Of a stretch of 64,000 nt of DNA, positions 1-12,866 are shown piece after piece. The translations under genes and the position numbers were made by a program. The DNA comes from an uncultured Gemmatimonadaceae bacterium (GTDB taxonomy: Bacteria; Gemmatimonadota; Gemmatimonadetes; Gemmatimonadales; Gemmatimonadaceae): positions 1,120,001 through 1,184,000 of the forward strand of contig CAWJMB010000002.1 of the NCBI GenBank assembly GCA_963843845.1, written 5' to 3'. Below the pieces are notes generated by a model. That model saw nothing but the letters and a program-made list of their open reading frames with translations, did not search any database and had not been told where the DNA came from. The stretch's first letter is position 1; the number at the start of each line of letters is the position of its first letter.

Positions 1-46
1 GACCGCCGCTCGCTGACGCCGAGCACGATCCCCCTTCCGCCGACGC

Positions 47-859
47 GTGCGACCGCTTGACGGCGACGCGCTGGGCGTCATCGACGCGCTCGCCGCGCGG
101 TCGTCGCTCGTGCTGCTGCTCGACGTCGACGGCACCCTTGCGCCGATCGCGCCGCGCCCCGAGGATGCCGAGGTCCCTCCCGAGACCCGCGCCGTCGTCG
201 CCGAGCTCGCGGCACTCCCCGACGTCACCGTGTCGCTCGTGTCGGGCCGCGCCGCGGCGGATGCCGCGCGCGTCGTCGACGTCCCGAACGTGTGGGTCAT
301 CGGCAACCACGGCGCCGAGCGCGTGGCGCCCGACGGCACGGCCGAAGTGCAGGCGGAGGTCGCCACGTTCCAGCCCGCCATGCGGGCCGCCGCGGCCGAG
401 CTCGAAGGCGTGCTGCGCGACGTGCCCGGCGCCATCGTCGAGGACAAGCGGCTGACACTGTCCGTGCACTACCGGCTCGCGCCGCTCGAAGATCAGCCCA
501 CGATCCTCGCCGCCGCGCACGCCGTTGCGGCGCGCCACGGACTCCGAACGAAAGCCGGGAAGATGGTGATCGAGGTGCGGGCGCCCGTGCATGTCGACAA
601 GGGCACCGCGGTCGTCGCGTTCCTCGTCCGCATCGCCGCCCCAGCGGACGCCGGCATCCTGTTCGTCGGCGACGACGTGACCGACGAAGACGCGTTCATC
701 CAGCTCGCCGCGCACGCGCCGAGTGCCGTGACGGTACGCGTTGCCGGTCCGGACGTGACGACGGCGGCCGAGTGGGTGGTCCCCACGCCGGCCGCCGTGC
801 GCGTACTGCTCGCGCGGATCGCCGCGGTTCGGTCGCTCGCACCGGCCGCGACTCGCTAA
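47..859 (+). CDS. otsB: Trehalose-6-phosphate phosphatase (HAD family)
   Basis: Motifs LLDVDGTLAPI, VSGR, GNHGAE, EDKRLTLSVHYR, GKMVIEVR..VDKG and FVGDDVTDEDAF are all typical of TPP. Confidence 0.92.
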   Translation: MRPLDGDALGVIDALAARSSLVLLLDVDGTLAPIAPRPEDAEVPPETRAVVAELAALPDVTVSLVSGRAAADAARVVDVPNVWVIGNHGAERVAPDGTAEVQAEVATFQPAMRAAAAELEGVLRDVPGAIVEDKRLTLSVHYRLAPLEDQPTILAAAHAVAARHGLRTKAGKMVIEVRAPVHVDKGTAVVAFLVRIAAPADAGILFVGDDVTDEDAFIQLAAHAPSAVTVRVAGPDVTTAAEWVVPTPAAVRVLLARIAAVRSLAPAATR

Positions 860-1632
860 CGCTTCTTCGCCGTCGCCTTCTTTGCGGGCCCTTTCGCCGG
901 CGCCTTCGCTGCCGGCCGGCTCGATTTCGCCGCTGCCTTCGCGGCAGACTTCACCGCGGCGCCCGACTTGGCGGCGGGCTTCGCGCTCTTCGACGGCGTC
1001 TTCGGCGCCGGCTTCGCAGCCGGCTTCGCCGGCGTGGCACTCTTCGAAGCCGGTTTCGGGGCCGGCTTCGCCGGCGCCGCCTTCGTCGTGCCCTTCGCCG
1101 CCGGCTTGGCCAGCGAGGCCGCCGGCTTCGCAGCCTTCGCGTGCGTCGGCTCGGCGATGGGCGCGGGGGCGTGCACGGCGACAGCAGGCGGTGGCGGCGC
1201 GTCGGCGGCCAGCATCGCGGGGGCAGGGGGCAGAGCGGCCGCGGGAGCCGGGGCCGGCTCGGGCATCGGCGGCATCCCGGTGGGCTCCCAGCCGTCGGCG
1301 ACGCGCCGGGCGTGCGCTTCCTCCGCCTCCCGGATCATCTTCTCGGCCTCCTCGGCAGAGACCTGTCCCCGGCGCACCATGAAATTCACGAGGTCGCGGG
1401 CGCTCGTCGCGACGAAGCCCGAGATCCCGGCTGCCGCGTGGATCACGTCGCGCATCGCGCCGGCCATCTTGCTGCCAGCCTCGAGGCTGATCGCGTGCGC
1501 GCGTGCGGCGAGCTCGGCCGCCGTGTCGCGCGGATCGGCACCGCGGTGGCCGAGCCCACGCTTGGGCGGGGGCGGCGTCGGTGCGCCTTCCGCCTTCGGC
1601 GTCTCTTCCGTGCTCTGGACCTGTTCCGCCAT
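856..1632 (-). CDS. Phasin-like (PhaF/PhaI-type) N-terminal segment plus histone H1-like AKP-rich tail
   Basis: Start taken at MAEQVQ (1632). LVNFMVRRGQVSAEEAEKMIRE resembles the phasin family. The C-terminal ~90 aa are KPAAK/AAKS repeats. Confidence 0.6.
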   Translation of the reverse strand: MAEQVQSTEETPKAEGAPTPPPPKRGLGHRGADPRDTAAELAARAHAISLEAGSKMAGAMRDVIHAAAGISGFVATSARDLVNFMVRRGQVSAEEAEKMIREAEEAHARRVADGWEPTGMPPMPEPAPAPAAALPPAPAMLAADAPPPPAVAVHAPAPIAEPTHAKAAKPAASLAKPAAKGTTKAAPAKPAPKPASKSATPAKPAAKPAPKTPSKSAKPAAKSGAAVKSAAKAAAKSSRPAAKAPAKGPAKKATAKKR

Positions 1633-1845
1633 GTTTCTGGTGCTCCGCTGGGAGGCGCCCCTCCCGTCGAAGTGTGGTAGCAGCGCCGAATGACGCGTCA
1701 CTGACCGGATGCCGACAGTGACCGCGACCGTGTACGATCGCGGTAAGTATATGCCCCGTCACACGATATGCAAGTTCGTGGAGCGTCGGCGCCCTGTCCG
1801 ATCGCTCCCTGTTTTGCGCCAACATGCCGACACTATGAGCCGACC

Positions 1846-2955
1846 ATGCTGTTAGATGGTGTCCGTGTGCTCGACTTGAGCCGAGTCCTCGCCGGGCCGC
1901 TCTGCGGGATGATCCTCGGCGATCTCGGGGCGGATGTCCTCAAAATGGAGCGGCCGGGGAGCGGCGACGAGACGCGCGGCTGGGGGCCGCCGTTCGATGC
2001 GCGGGGAGAGAGCGCGTACTATCTCAGTCTCAACCGCAACAAGCTGGGCGCGACGATCGACTTCGGGACCGCGGATGACGCCGGGCGGCTCCGCGAGCTG
2101 ATCGCCGGGGCGGATGTCGTGCTCGAGAACTTCCGCCCGGGAACGCTCGAGCGGGTAGGATTGGGTGCGGCGGCGATGCTGACGCATCACCCCACGCTCA
2201 TCTGGTGCACGATCACAGGATTCGGGCTCGCCAGCCGACGGCCCGGCTATGACTTCGTGGTCCAAGCGGAGAGCGGGTGGATGGCGATCACCGGCGAGCC
2301 CGACGGCGCACCGGTGAAGGCCGGCATCGCGATCGTCGACCTCCTCACCGGAAAGGATGCCGCCATCTCCATACTCGGCGCGCTCGCGGGACAGGGGCGC
2401 AGGGGGAGGGCTCCGCTCTCGGAGACACAGCGACACGTCACCGTCTCGCTCGCCGGCAGCGCGGCGGCCGGACTCGTCAACGTCGCGCAGAACGCGCTCG
2501 TGACCGGCACGGACGCCCGGCGCTGGGGAAACGCGCACGCGAACATCGTTCCGTACGAGCTGTTCGATGCGGCCGACCGCCCCGTCGTCATCGCCGTCGG
2601 CGGCGACGCGCAGTGGCGCGCCTGTGCCCGCGCCCTCGGACTCGACGCGCTCGCGGACGATCCGCGTCTCGCGACCAACGCCGGTCGCCTCGCCCACCGC
2701 GCCGAGGTCGTCGGCGCGATCGCCGCGCGCGTGCGCACCGCGCCGGCCGCGCACTGGCTCGCCCGGTTGGAGGCGGCCGAAGTGCCGGCCGGTCCTGTGC
2801 GGACGGTGCTCGAGGCGCTGCGCGACGTCGATGCCTCGCCGCTCACCGGCGTCGCCCCGAGCGTCCCGGGGAGCGTGCGCCGCCCGCCGCCGCGGCTGGG
2901 AGAGCACGATGCGCTCGTCCGCGCGCACGGGTGGGATGCGTTCCGGCTCGTCTGA
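1846..2955 (+). CDS. Family III CoA-transferase (CaiB/BaiF)
   Basis: Motifs LDGVRVLDLSRVLAGP, LGADVLKME, YLSLNRNK, ADVVLENFRPG and PGYDFVVQAESGWM. Confidence 0.93.
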   Translation: MLLDGVRVLDLSRVLAGPLCGMILGDLGADVLKMERPGSGDETRGWGPPFDARGESAYYLSLNRNKLGATIDFGTADDAGRLRELIAGADVVLENFRPGTLERVGLGAAAMLTHHPTLIWCTITGFGLASRRPGYDFVVQAESGWMAITGEPDGAPVKAGIAIVDLLTGKDAAISILGALAGQGRRGRAPLSETQRHVTVSLAGSAAAGLVNVAQNALVTGTDARRWGNAHANIVPYELFDAADRPVVIAVGGDAQWRACARALGLDALADDPRLATNAGRLAHRAEVVGAIAARVRTAPAAHWLARLEAAEVPAGPVRTVLEALRDVDASPLTGVAPSVPGSVRRPPPRLGEHDALVRAHGWDAFRLV

Positions 2956-3066
2956 CCGACGGGAACCGGTCGGCGTGTTACGCCGTCCCGAGGTCGTCGT
3001 CATGCTCGCGGAAGGTGTCGTTCCGCCACCGTTCGCGAGGCCTATCAACCGTGCGGACGACGCGTT

Positions 3067-3645
3067 ATGCTCCCGCCCGTGACTACCATGGGACCGGGGG
3101 CGGCCGTCGATCCGTCGGACGCAGACCAGCAGATCATCACGAGCGTGCTCGCGGGGAACCGCGACGCGTTCTCGGCGCTGATTCATCGCTACAGCGATCC
3201 GCTGTATCGGCATGCGCTCGGGATGACCGGCAGCCCGGACGTTGCGGAAGACATCCTCCAACAGTCGTTCATCAAAGCGTACAACCACCTTGGCGAGGTG
3301 CGCGGGCGGTTCGACGCCTGGCTGTTCCGGATCGTGGCGAACGGGTGCAAGGATTGGCTGAAGAACATCCGCCGCACTCACGTCAGCTACGACGAGGACG
3401 ACCAGCCGTCAGCCTACGCGACCCCCGACGAGGACCTCGACCGCACTGAGCTCCGTGAAGATCTCGACGACGCGTTGTCGACGCTGGCGCCGAGCCTTCG
3501 CGAGGCATTCGTGATGAAGCACGTCGAGGGGCGGTCGTACGAGGAGATGGCGGACTTGCTGAGTACTACCGTTGGCGCCTTGAAGATGCGTGTGCATCGG
3601 GCTCGTGAGGCGCTCCAAGCTCTCCTGGAGGAGAAATACGCCTGA
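3067..3645 (+). CDS. ECF sigma-70 factor (true start may be GTG at 3079)
   Basis: Region 2 (DVAEDILQQSFIKAY, FDAWLFRIVAN) and region 4 (HVEGRSYEEMADLL..TVGALKMRVHRAR). Confidence 0.92.
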   Translation: MLPPVTTMGPGAAVDPSDADQQIITSVLAGNRDAFSALIHRYSDPLYRHALGMTGSPDVAEDILQQSFIKAYNHLGEVRGRFDAWLFRIVANGCKDWLKNIRRTHVSYDEDDQPSAYATPDEDLDRTELREDLDDALSTLAPSLREAFVMKHVEGRSYEEMADLLSTTVGALKMRVHRAREALQALLEEKYA

Positions 3646-4070
3646 TGGTCGACAACCTCTATCCGGACGGCGCCCCCGACGAGGGGGTCCGTCGCGCCGA
3701 CGCGGGCGGGCTGTCGCGCAACTCGCCGATGGCGGATCGCGAGATCCCGCTCGAAGGCGGCCACCCGTCGCTCGTCGTGCAGCAGTGGCTCGACGGCGAA
3801 GCGTCCGAGGCCGCGGCACGCCGCGCCGACACGAACGACGTGGAGCTGTGGCAGCGCATCAACACCGAGGCCGAGCGTCGCCGGCGCATGGTGACGCCTG
3901 CGCCCGTGCTCGACCGCATCATGGCCGCGATCCCCGCGCCGGCCATCCCGGCGACCGCCGCGACCGCCGCGACCGCGGAGAAGCGCCCGTTCACGCTGTC
4001 GCCGGCGATGGCGATGCTGGCTGGTGCGGCGCTGCTCGGACTCGGAGTCATCGTCGGCAAGCTGCTGTAG
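3645..4070 (+). CDS. Putative membrane-anchored anti-sigma factor
   Basis: TGATG overlap with the sigma gene, QWLDGE motif and a C-terminal hydrophobic helix. Confidence 0.6.
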   Translation: MVDNLYPDGAPDEGVRRADAGGLSRNSPMADREIPLEGGHPSLVVQQWLDGEASEAAARRADTNDVELWQRINTEAERRRRMVTPAPVLDRIMAAIPAPAIPATAATAATAEKRPFTLSPAMAMLAGAALLGLGVIVGKLL

Positions 4071-4104
4071 ACGGTCGGCGGGCTGATCGTCACAGAGTCT
4101 CGGC

Positions 4105-4143
4105 ACGACGGGCCGGCTTCTTCACGAGAAGCCGGCCCGTCGT
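4105..4143. terminator. Bidirectional terminator-like hairpin between convergent genes
   Basis: ACGACGGGCCGGCTTCT-tcacg-AGAAGCCGGCCCGTCGT, a 17-bp perfect stem. Confidence 0.7.
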
Positions 4144-4146
4144 CGT

Positions 4147-5586
<1,440 letters not shown>

Positions 5587-5857
5587 GTGCGATCGTGACG
5601 TGAAGAGTCCTCGACAAACGTAGCACACCGCCCAATCCCGCCGCCGCCCGCGCGCCGCTGTCGACCTGACAGCACTCGCTGTCGTCCCGGCAAACGCGGG
5701 GCCCACGCGTCGGTCATCGTGACCGACATCGCCGGTACGACGGATGCTTTTCGCTCGGGCGCGGCGCCCCACCCATGCGGCGTCGCGCCGCCCGGCGGGA
5801 CTGGGCCCGGCCGGCGAGCGGCGAAGCGGACCTTCAGCAGAGAGGAGACTCGTTCCC

Positions 5858-6370
5858 ATGTCGACCAACACGACGACCTACCCCTTCGACCTCATGTTCG
5901 ACCGGATGCTCGGCCTCGGCCGGACGATGGACCAGGCGTTCGCCGGGCACGCGGCCGGCACCCCGCCGGGCGCCAGCCGTCCACAGCGCTGGCTCCCGGC
6001 CGTCGACACGTACGAGACGGAGAATGCCTTCGTCGTCGAGGCGGACCTGCCCGGCGTGCACCAGGAGGACATCGACGTCAATTTCGAGCAGGGGATGCTC
6101 ACGATGACCGGCCGCCGCGCGCCGACGCTCCCGGCGACCGACGCCGCGAAGGAGGGGCAGCAGCTGCGCGTCTACTCGTCCGAACGGCTGAGCGGCACGT
6201 TCTCGCGCTCGGTGCGCCTCCCGGAGTACGTGGACGGAGAGAAGATCCGCGCGACCTACACGAACGGCGTGCTCACGGTCCACATCCCGAAGGCGACCGG
6301 CGCGTTGCCGCGCAAGATCTCCGTGCAGCTCGACTCCGGCTCGGCTGACCCGAAGCACATCGCCGGCTGA
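5858..6370 (+). CDS. Hsp20/alpha-crystallin small heat-shock protein
   Basis: Motifs WLPAVDTYET, ADLPGV, FSRSVRLP and ATYTNGVLTVHIPK. GAGGAG SD upstream of ATG 5858. Confidence 0.95.
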   Translation: MSTNTTTYPFDLMFDRMLGLGRTMDQAFAGHAAGTPPGASRPQRWLPAVDTYETENAFVVEADLPGVHQEDIDVNFEQGMLTMTGRRAPTLPATDAAKEGQQLRVYSSERLSGTFSRSVRLPEYVDGEKIRATYTNGVLTVHIPKATGALPRKISVQLDSGSADPKHIAG

Positions 6371-6414
6371 CCCGACGTCCGGCGGGTCGACGCTGGCGGC
6401 ACCGCCGGACACGC

Positions 6415-6446
6415 AGCGGGGGCGGCTCGTGAGAGCCGCCCCCGCT
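6415..6446. terminator. Hairpin with GNRA-type loop between convergent hsp20 and sucB
   Basis: AGCGGGGGCGGCTC-gtga-GAGCCGCCCCCGCT, a 14-bp perfect stem. Confidence 0.7.
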
Positions 6447-6463
6447 CGTGTCGGTCGAGACCG

Positions 6464-7738
6464 TCAGGCGATCAGCATCGACGCCGGGTCTTCCATCAGC
6501 TCCTTCACGCGGACGAGGAACAGCACCGCCTGCTGCCCGTCGATCAGCCGGTGATCGTACGACAGCGCGACGTACATCATCGGCCGGATGACGACCTGCC
6601 CGTTCAGCGCGACCGGGCGGTCCTGGATCTTGTGCAGTCCGAGGATGCCGACCTGCGGGTAGTTGATGATCGGCGTCGAGACGAGCGAGCCGAACACGCC
6701 GCCGTTCGTGATCGTGAAGGTGCCGCCGGTGAGGTCGTCCATCGACAGCTTGCCGTCACGCGCCTTCTTCGCGACGGCGACGATGTCGCGGCTGATCTCG
6801 AGCGTGCCCTTGCGATCGGCGTCCTTGATGTTCGGCACCACGAGGCCGGCGTCCGACGCGACGGCGATCCCGATGTTCACGTAGTGGTGGTGCACGATCG
6901 TGTCGCCGTCGAGGCTCGCGTTCACGAGCGGGTACGCCTCGAGCGCCATGCACGCCGCCTTCACGAAGAACGGCATGAACGAGAGGCGCACCCCCTGCTC
7001 CTTCTCGACGCGCTCGCGCACGCGGTCGCGGAGCGCGCTCACGGCGGTCATGTCGATCTCGTTGAACGTCGTGAGGTGCGCGGTCTGGTGCTGCGAGGCG
7101 AGCAGGTTCTCGGCGATGCGGCGGCGGCGCGTGGTGAGCTTCTCGCGGGTCTCGCGCGCGCCGGCCGGAGTCCGGGGCTCGGCGGCCGGGGATCGGGCGA
7201 TCGTGGGTGAGGCGGCGGGCGGGGCGGCCGCCGTCGCGCCGCCGCTGCCGGTCTCCGGTCCTCGAGCCCCGCCCCCGGCCGCGGCCGCCTGTACGACGTC
7301 CGGCTTGCTCACGACACCGCCGCGACCGGTGCCGGCGACCGTCGCCAGATCGACCCCGCGCTCGGCGGCGACGCGCTGGGCGGCAGGAGAGGCCTTGGCG
7401 TTCGCGGTGCCGCTCGCGGCAACGGCCGGCGCAGGTGCCGGCGCCGATGCGGCCGCATCCTGGCCGTGAGAGGCGGCTCCCGCGCCAGCCGCCGCGCCGC
7501 TCGCACTCTCGTCGATCTGCCCGAGCGTCTCGTCGACCGCGACGACGTCGCCCTCGTTCTTCAGCAGCTTCCCGAGCACCCCGGCCGACGGCGCCGGCAC
7601 TTCGACGGTGATCTTGTCGGTCTCGAGCTCGACGAGCGTGTCGCCGGCCGCCACCGCGTCGCCCTCGCGCTTCACCCACCGTGAGATCGTCGCCTCGACG
7701 ATCGACTCGCCAAGCGGCGGCACCTTGATCGCGATCAT
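6464..7738 (-). CDS. sucB: 2-oxoglutarate dehydrogenase E2 (dihydrolipoamide succinyltransferase)
   Basis: Lipoyl domain ([10 protein letters not shown]), E3-binding domain ([13 protein letters not shown]), and catalytic [10 protein letters not shown] and YDHRLIDG. Confidence 0.93.
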   Translation of the reverse strand: MIAIKVPPLGESIVEATISRWVKREGDAVAAGDTLVELETDKITVEVPAPSAGVLGKLLKNEGDVVAVDETLGQIDESASGAAAGAGAASHGQDAAASAPAPAPAVAASGTANAKASPAAQRVAAERGVDLATVAGTGRGGVVSKPDVVQAAAAGGGARGPETGSGGATAAAPPAASPTIARSPAAEPRTPAGARETREKLTTRRRRIAENLLASQHQTAHLTTFNEIDMTAVSALRDRVRERVEKEQGVRLSFMPFFVKAACMALEAYPLVNASLDGDTIVHHHYVNIGIAVASDAGLVVPNIKDADRKGTLEISRDIVAVAKKARDGKLSMDDLTGGTFTITNGGVFGSLVSTPIINYPQVGILGLHKIQDRPVALNGQVVIRPMMYVALSYDHRLIDGQQAVLFLVRVKELMEDPASMLIA

Positions 7739-7812
7739 TCCGAAAGAACCTGGGAGAGACGTGAGTGCGGCGCGGCTTCGCTCGTCCGCGACGCGTGCCA
7801 CTAATCTACAGT

Positions 7813-7896
7813 CGGGACATCGGGGATCGGGACTCGGGACGCGGGACGCGGGAGTCGCCGATCCCCGAGTCCCGTCTCCCCCATCCCGCGTCCCGG
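7813..7896. repeat. Heptamer-repeat (CGGGAC[T/G]-like) imperfect palindrome
   Basis: CGGGGATCGGGACTCGGGACGCGGGACGCGGGAG followed by the complementary CGATCCCCGAGTCCCG...CCCGCGTCCCG. Confidence 0.65.
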
Positions 7897-7905
7897 CTCT
7901 GTCTC

Positions 7906-8940
7906 ATGCGTGCGCTCACGATCTCCGCTCACGGCGGTCTCGACCGGCTCGAGTATCGCGACGATCTCCCCGAACCGGCGCCCCCCGGCCCGCACGAGGC
8001 GCTCGTGCGCGTCGAGGCGGCGGCGCTCAATCACCTCGACCTGTTCGTGCTCGGCGGACTGCCGAACGTCACGATCACGCCGCCGTGGATCGTCGGCTCC
8101 GACGGAGCGGGGATCGTCGAGGCGGTCGGCGCGGCGGTGACGCACGTGCGCGTCGGGGATCGTGTCGTGGTGAACCCTGGGACGAGCTGCGGCGCCTGCG
8201 AGTACTGTCGCGACGACGAGGCTCCCCTCTGCCCGCGGTATCACATCATGGGCGAACACCTCCCCGGCTTCCTGGCCGAGCGGGTGGTGGTGCCAGGGCG
8301 GAGCGTGCGCGCCGTCCCGCACACGATCGCGCCCGAGCAGGCCGCCGCCTTCACGCTCGCCACGCTCACCGCGTGGCGGATGATCGTGTCGCGCGCGCGG
8401 GTGCGCCCGGGCGAGACGGTGCTGATCTGGGGGATCGGCGGCGGCGTCGCGCTCGCGGCGTTGCAGATCGCGAAGCAGATCGGCGCGACGGTGTGGGTGA
8501 CGAGCGGCGACGATGCGAAGCTCGCGCGGGCGAGCGCGCTGGGCGCCGACGTGACGCTGAACCATCGCACCGACGACGTGGCGCGAATCATCCGCGACCG
8601 TACGGCGAAGCGCGGTATGGACGTCGTCGTCGACAACGTCGGCGAGGCGACGTGGGCGCGGTCGCTGCTCGCACTCGGCCGGCGTGGACGCCTCGTCACG
8701 TGCGGCGCGACGTCCGGACCGATCGTGCAGACCGACGTGCGGCGCCTGTTCTGGAATCAGTGGTCGATCATGGGATCGACGATGGGGAACGACGCCGAGT
8801 TCGAGGCGATCGCGGGGGAGCTGGCGGCGGGGAGACTCCTCCCGCCGATCGATTCGGTCTGGTCGCTGCGCGACGGCCGAGCGGCGTATGCGCGGCTCGA
8901 GAGCGGCGAACAGTTCGGAAAGGTCGTTGTCCGGATCTGA
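7906..8940 (+). CDS. Zinc-binding medium-chain alcohol dehydrogenase/oxidoreductase
   Basis: Motifs AALNHLD, GSDGAG, structural Zn site CGACEYC..C, GIGGGVA and QFGKVV. Confidence 0.92.
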   Translation: MRALTISAHGGLDRLEYRDDLPEPAPPGPHEALVRVEAAALNHLDLFVLGGLPNVTITPPWIVGSDGAGIVEAVGAAVTHVRVGDRVVVNPGTSCGACEYCRDDEAPLCPRYHIMGEHLPGFLAERVVVPGRSVRAVPHTIAPEQAAAFTLATLTAWRMIVSRARVRPGETVLIWGIGGGVALAALQIAKQIGATVWVTSGDDAKLARASALGADVTLNHRTDDVARIIRDRTAKRGMDVVVDNVGEATWARSLLALGRRGRLVTCGATSGPIVQTDVRRLFWNQWSIMGSTMGNDAEFEAIAGELAAGRLLPPIDSVWSLRDGRAAYARLESGEQFGKVVVRI

Positions 8941-9157
8941 GCCGGCCCAGTACTCGGCGGACGAGCAGCGCGAGATCCGCGACGCCGTGGCCGTCGGGAG
9001 AGAGCCGCACTGCCCGCGCGACGGCGCCCTGCTCACGCGCCGCCCCCTCGGCGGCGGCTCGTTCGGGCTCGGCTACGCGCGGCGGCGGGAGTGGCTGCTC
9101 TGCCCGGTCTGCCGGCGGAGCGCGCTGTTCGACGTGAAGCGGGGGACGCGGAACTGA
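8927..9157 (+). CDS. Small zinc-ribbon-like protein (~76 aa)
   Basis: TTG start after GGAAAGG. CPRD and CPVC pairs. Codon usage matches neighbouring genes. Confidence 0.55.
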   Translation: MSGSEPAQYSADEQREIRDAVAVGREPHCPRDGALLTRRPLGGGSFGLGYARRREWLLCPVCRRSALFDVKRGTRN

Positions 9158-9198
9158 GAGCCGGCCCGGTCGTCCCGGCGGCGCTAGATTTTGGTCCC

Positions 9199-9927
9199 AT
9201 GAACTTCCTCGACCGCATCCAGCAGAGCTTCGCCCAGCTCGGCCTGTTCGTTCCGTCGCTCCTCGGCGCCCTCGTCATCCTCTTCGCCGGCTATCTGCTC
9301 GCGAAGCTGCTCGAGAAGGGGACGGCCCGACTGCTCCGCAAGGTCCGCATCAACGAGATGCTCGAGCGCGGCGGCGTCATGCACGCGGTCGAGCGCTCCG
9401 GAGCGCACTTCAACCCGGCGCGGATCATCGCGAACCTCGTGTTCTGGTTCGTGATGTTCGCCGTCATGCTGATCGCGGCGAACGCGCTCGGCTTCGACCA
9501 GCTCGCGAACATCTTCTCGGAGCTGGTCGGCTACATCCCGAGTGTGATCGCGGCGATCGTGATCGTGATCCTCGGCATCGTCCTGGGCGGGTTCGTCGGG
9601 GGGCTCATCATGGCCTCCGCGGGCGGGCTGCACGGCGGGCCGACGCTCGCCCGCGTCGGACGCATCGGCGTCATCGTCATCGCCGTGTTCATGGCGCTCC
9701 AGGAGCTCGGCATCGCGACCGACATCGTCACGACGGCCTTCGCGATCCTGTTCGGCGCGGTCGCGCTCGCCCTCGCGCTCTCGTTCGGGCTCGGCAACCG
9801 CGAGCTGGCGGGCGAGGTGACGCGCGAGTGGTACGAGCGCTACCGACGCGAGCGCGCGGCGATCGACGCGGAGACGGCGCGTGAGGACGCGGAGCTCGAG
9901 GTCGAGACGGGGGAGCACCCGCTCTGA
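9199..9927 (+). CDS. CmpX-like/mechanosensitive-channel TM-helix protein
   Basis: Repeated 'P.LLGALVIL..GY' and 'YIPSVIAAIVIV' helices, and ALALSFGLGNRELA. Confidence 0.8.
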   Translation: MNFLDRIQQSFAQLGLFVPSLLGALVILFAGYLLAKLLEKGTARLLRKVRINEMLERGGVMHAVERSGAHFNPARIIANLVFWFVMFAVMLIAANALGFDQLANIFSELVGYIPSVIAAIVIVILGIVLGGFVGGLIMASAGGLHGGPTLARVGRIGVIVIAVFMALQELGIATDIVTTAFAILFGAVALALALSFGLGNRELAGEVTREWYERYRRERAAIDAETAREDAELEVETGEHPL

Positions 9928-10008
9928 GGCATCGCGCACACGCCGGACGGGGGAACCGCGACGCGCCGTAAGTGTCTAATCCACAACGACTTGCTGCGGC
10001 TGAGCCGG

Positions 10009-10037
10009 TTGCTATTCTGGTGCCGTCGGGCTAGCTT
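10009..10037 (+). promoter_or_regulatory. Candidate sigma-70 promoter of gyrA
   Basis: TTGCTA-N17-TAGCTT. Confidence 0.5.
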
Positions 10038-10100
10038 GCACGGTTGTCTCCGGGCCGTCCGGCCTGTGGCTGCAGGGCGACATCTCTGAACGCGTAGACC

Positions 10101-12614
<2,514 letters not shown>

Positions 12615-12655
12615 CGATTCGCGCCGCGCTTGTCGCGGCGTGTGGCGAAATGCAT

Positions 12656-12698
12656 GACGTGGGAGCGGCCTTGTCGAGCCGCTCCCACGTCGCATTTT
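12656..12698 (+). terminator. Intrinsic terminator after gyrA
   Basis: 14-bp stem GACGTGGGAGCGGC/GCCGCTCCCACGTC followed by GCATTTT. Confidence 0.65.
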
Positions 12699-12866
12699 CG
12701 CACGGTGCGGTGTGGCGAGCGCGCACCTTCGCGCGTGTGACGCGCATCGCTACATTGGGCGAGCCGCACCCCGATGGAGGGACACGGCGCCGGACGCCGG
12801 CACGGTGCTCGCCACCCGTTAGGCAGTCCGCTTCGAGGCTTCACGCGGCGAATCCCGAGCCTCTCC

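Noticed and set aside
5669..5695. CIRCE-like half site (CAGCACTC) upstream of hsp20
   Set aside because: The right half (GAGTGCTAA) is absent at N9 spacing. Only a short local GACAGC/GCTGTC palindrome is present.
9966..9994. GTAAGT...ACTTGC imperfect palindrome upstream of gyrA as a dif/att site
   Set aside because: It matches XerC/D arms poorly and there is no recombinase nearby. It cannot be distinguished from promoter sequence.
12774..12810. SAM-I riboswitch-like words (GGAGGGAC...GCCGGCA...GGTGC)
   Set aside because: It lacks the AUCxAGAG/GAU P1 elements and GCAACC, and the downstream gene is not a sulfur or methionine gene.
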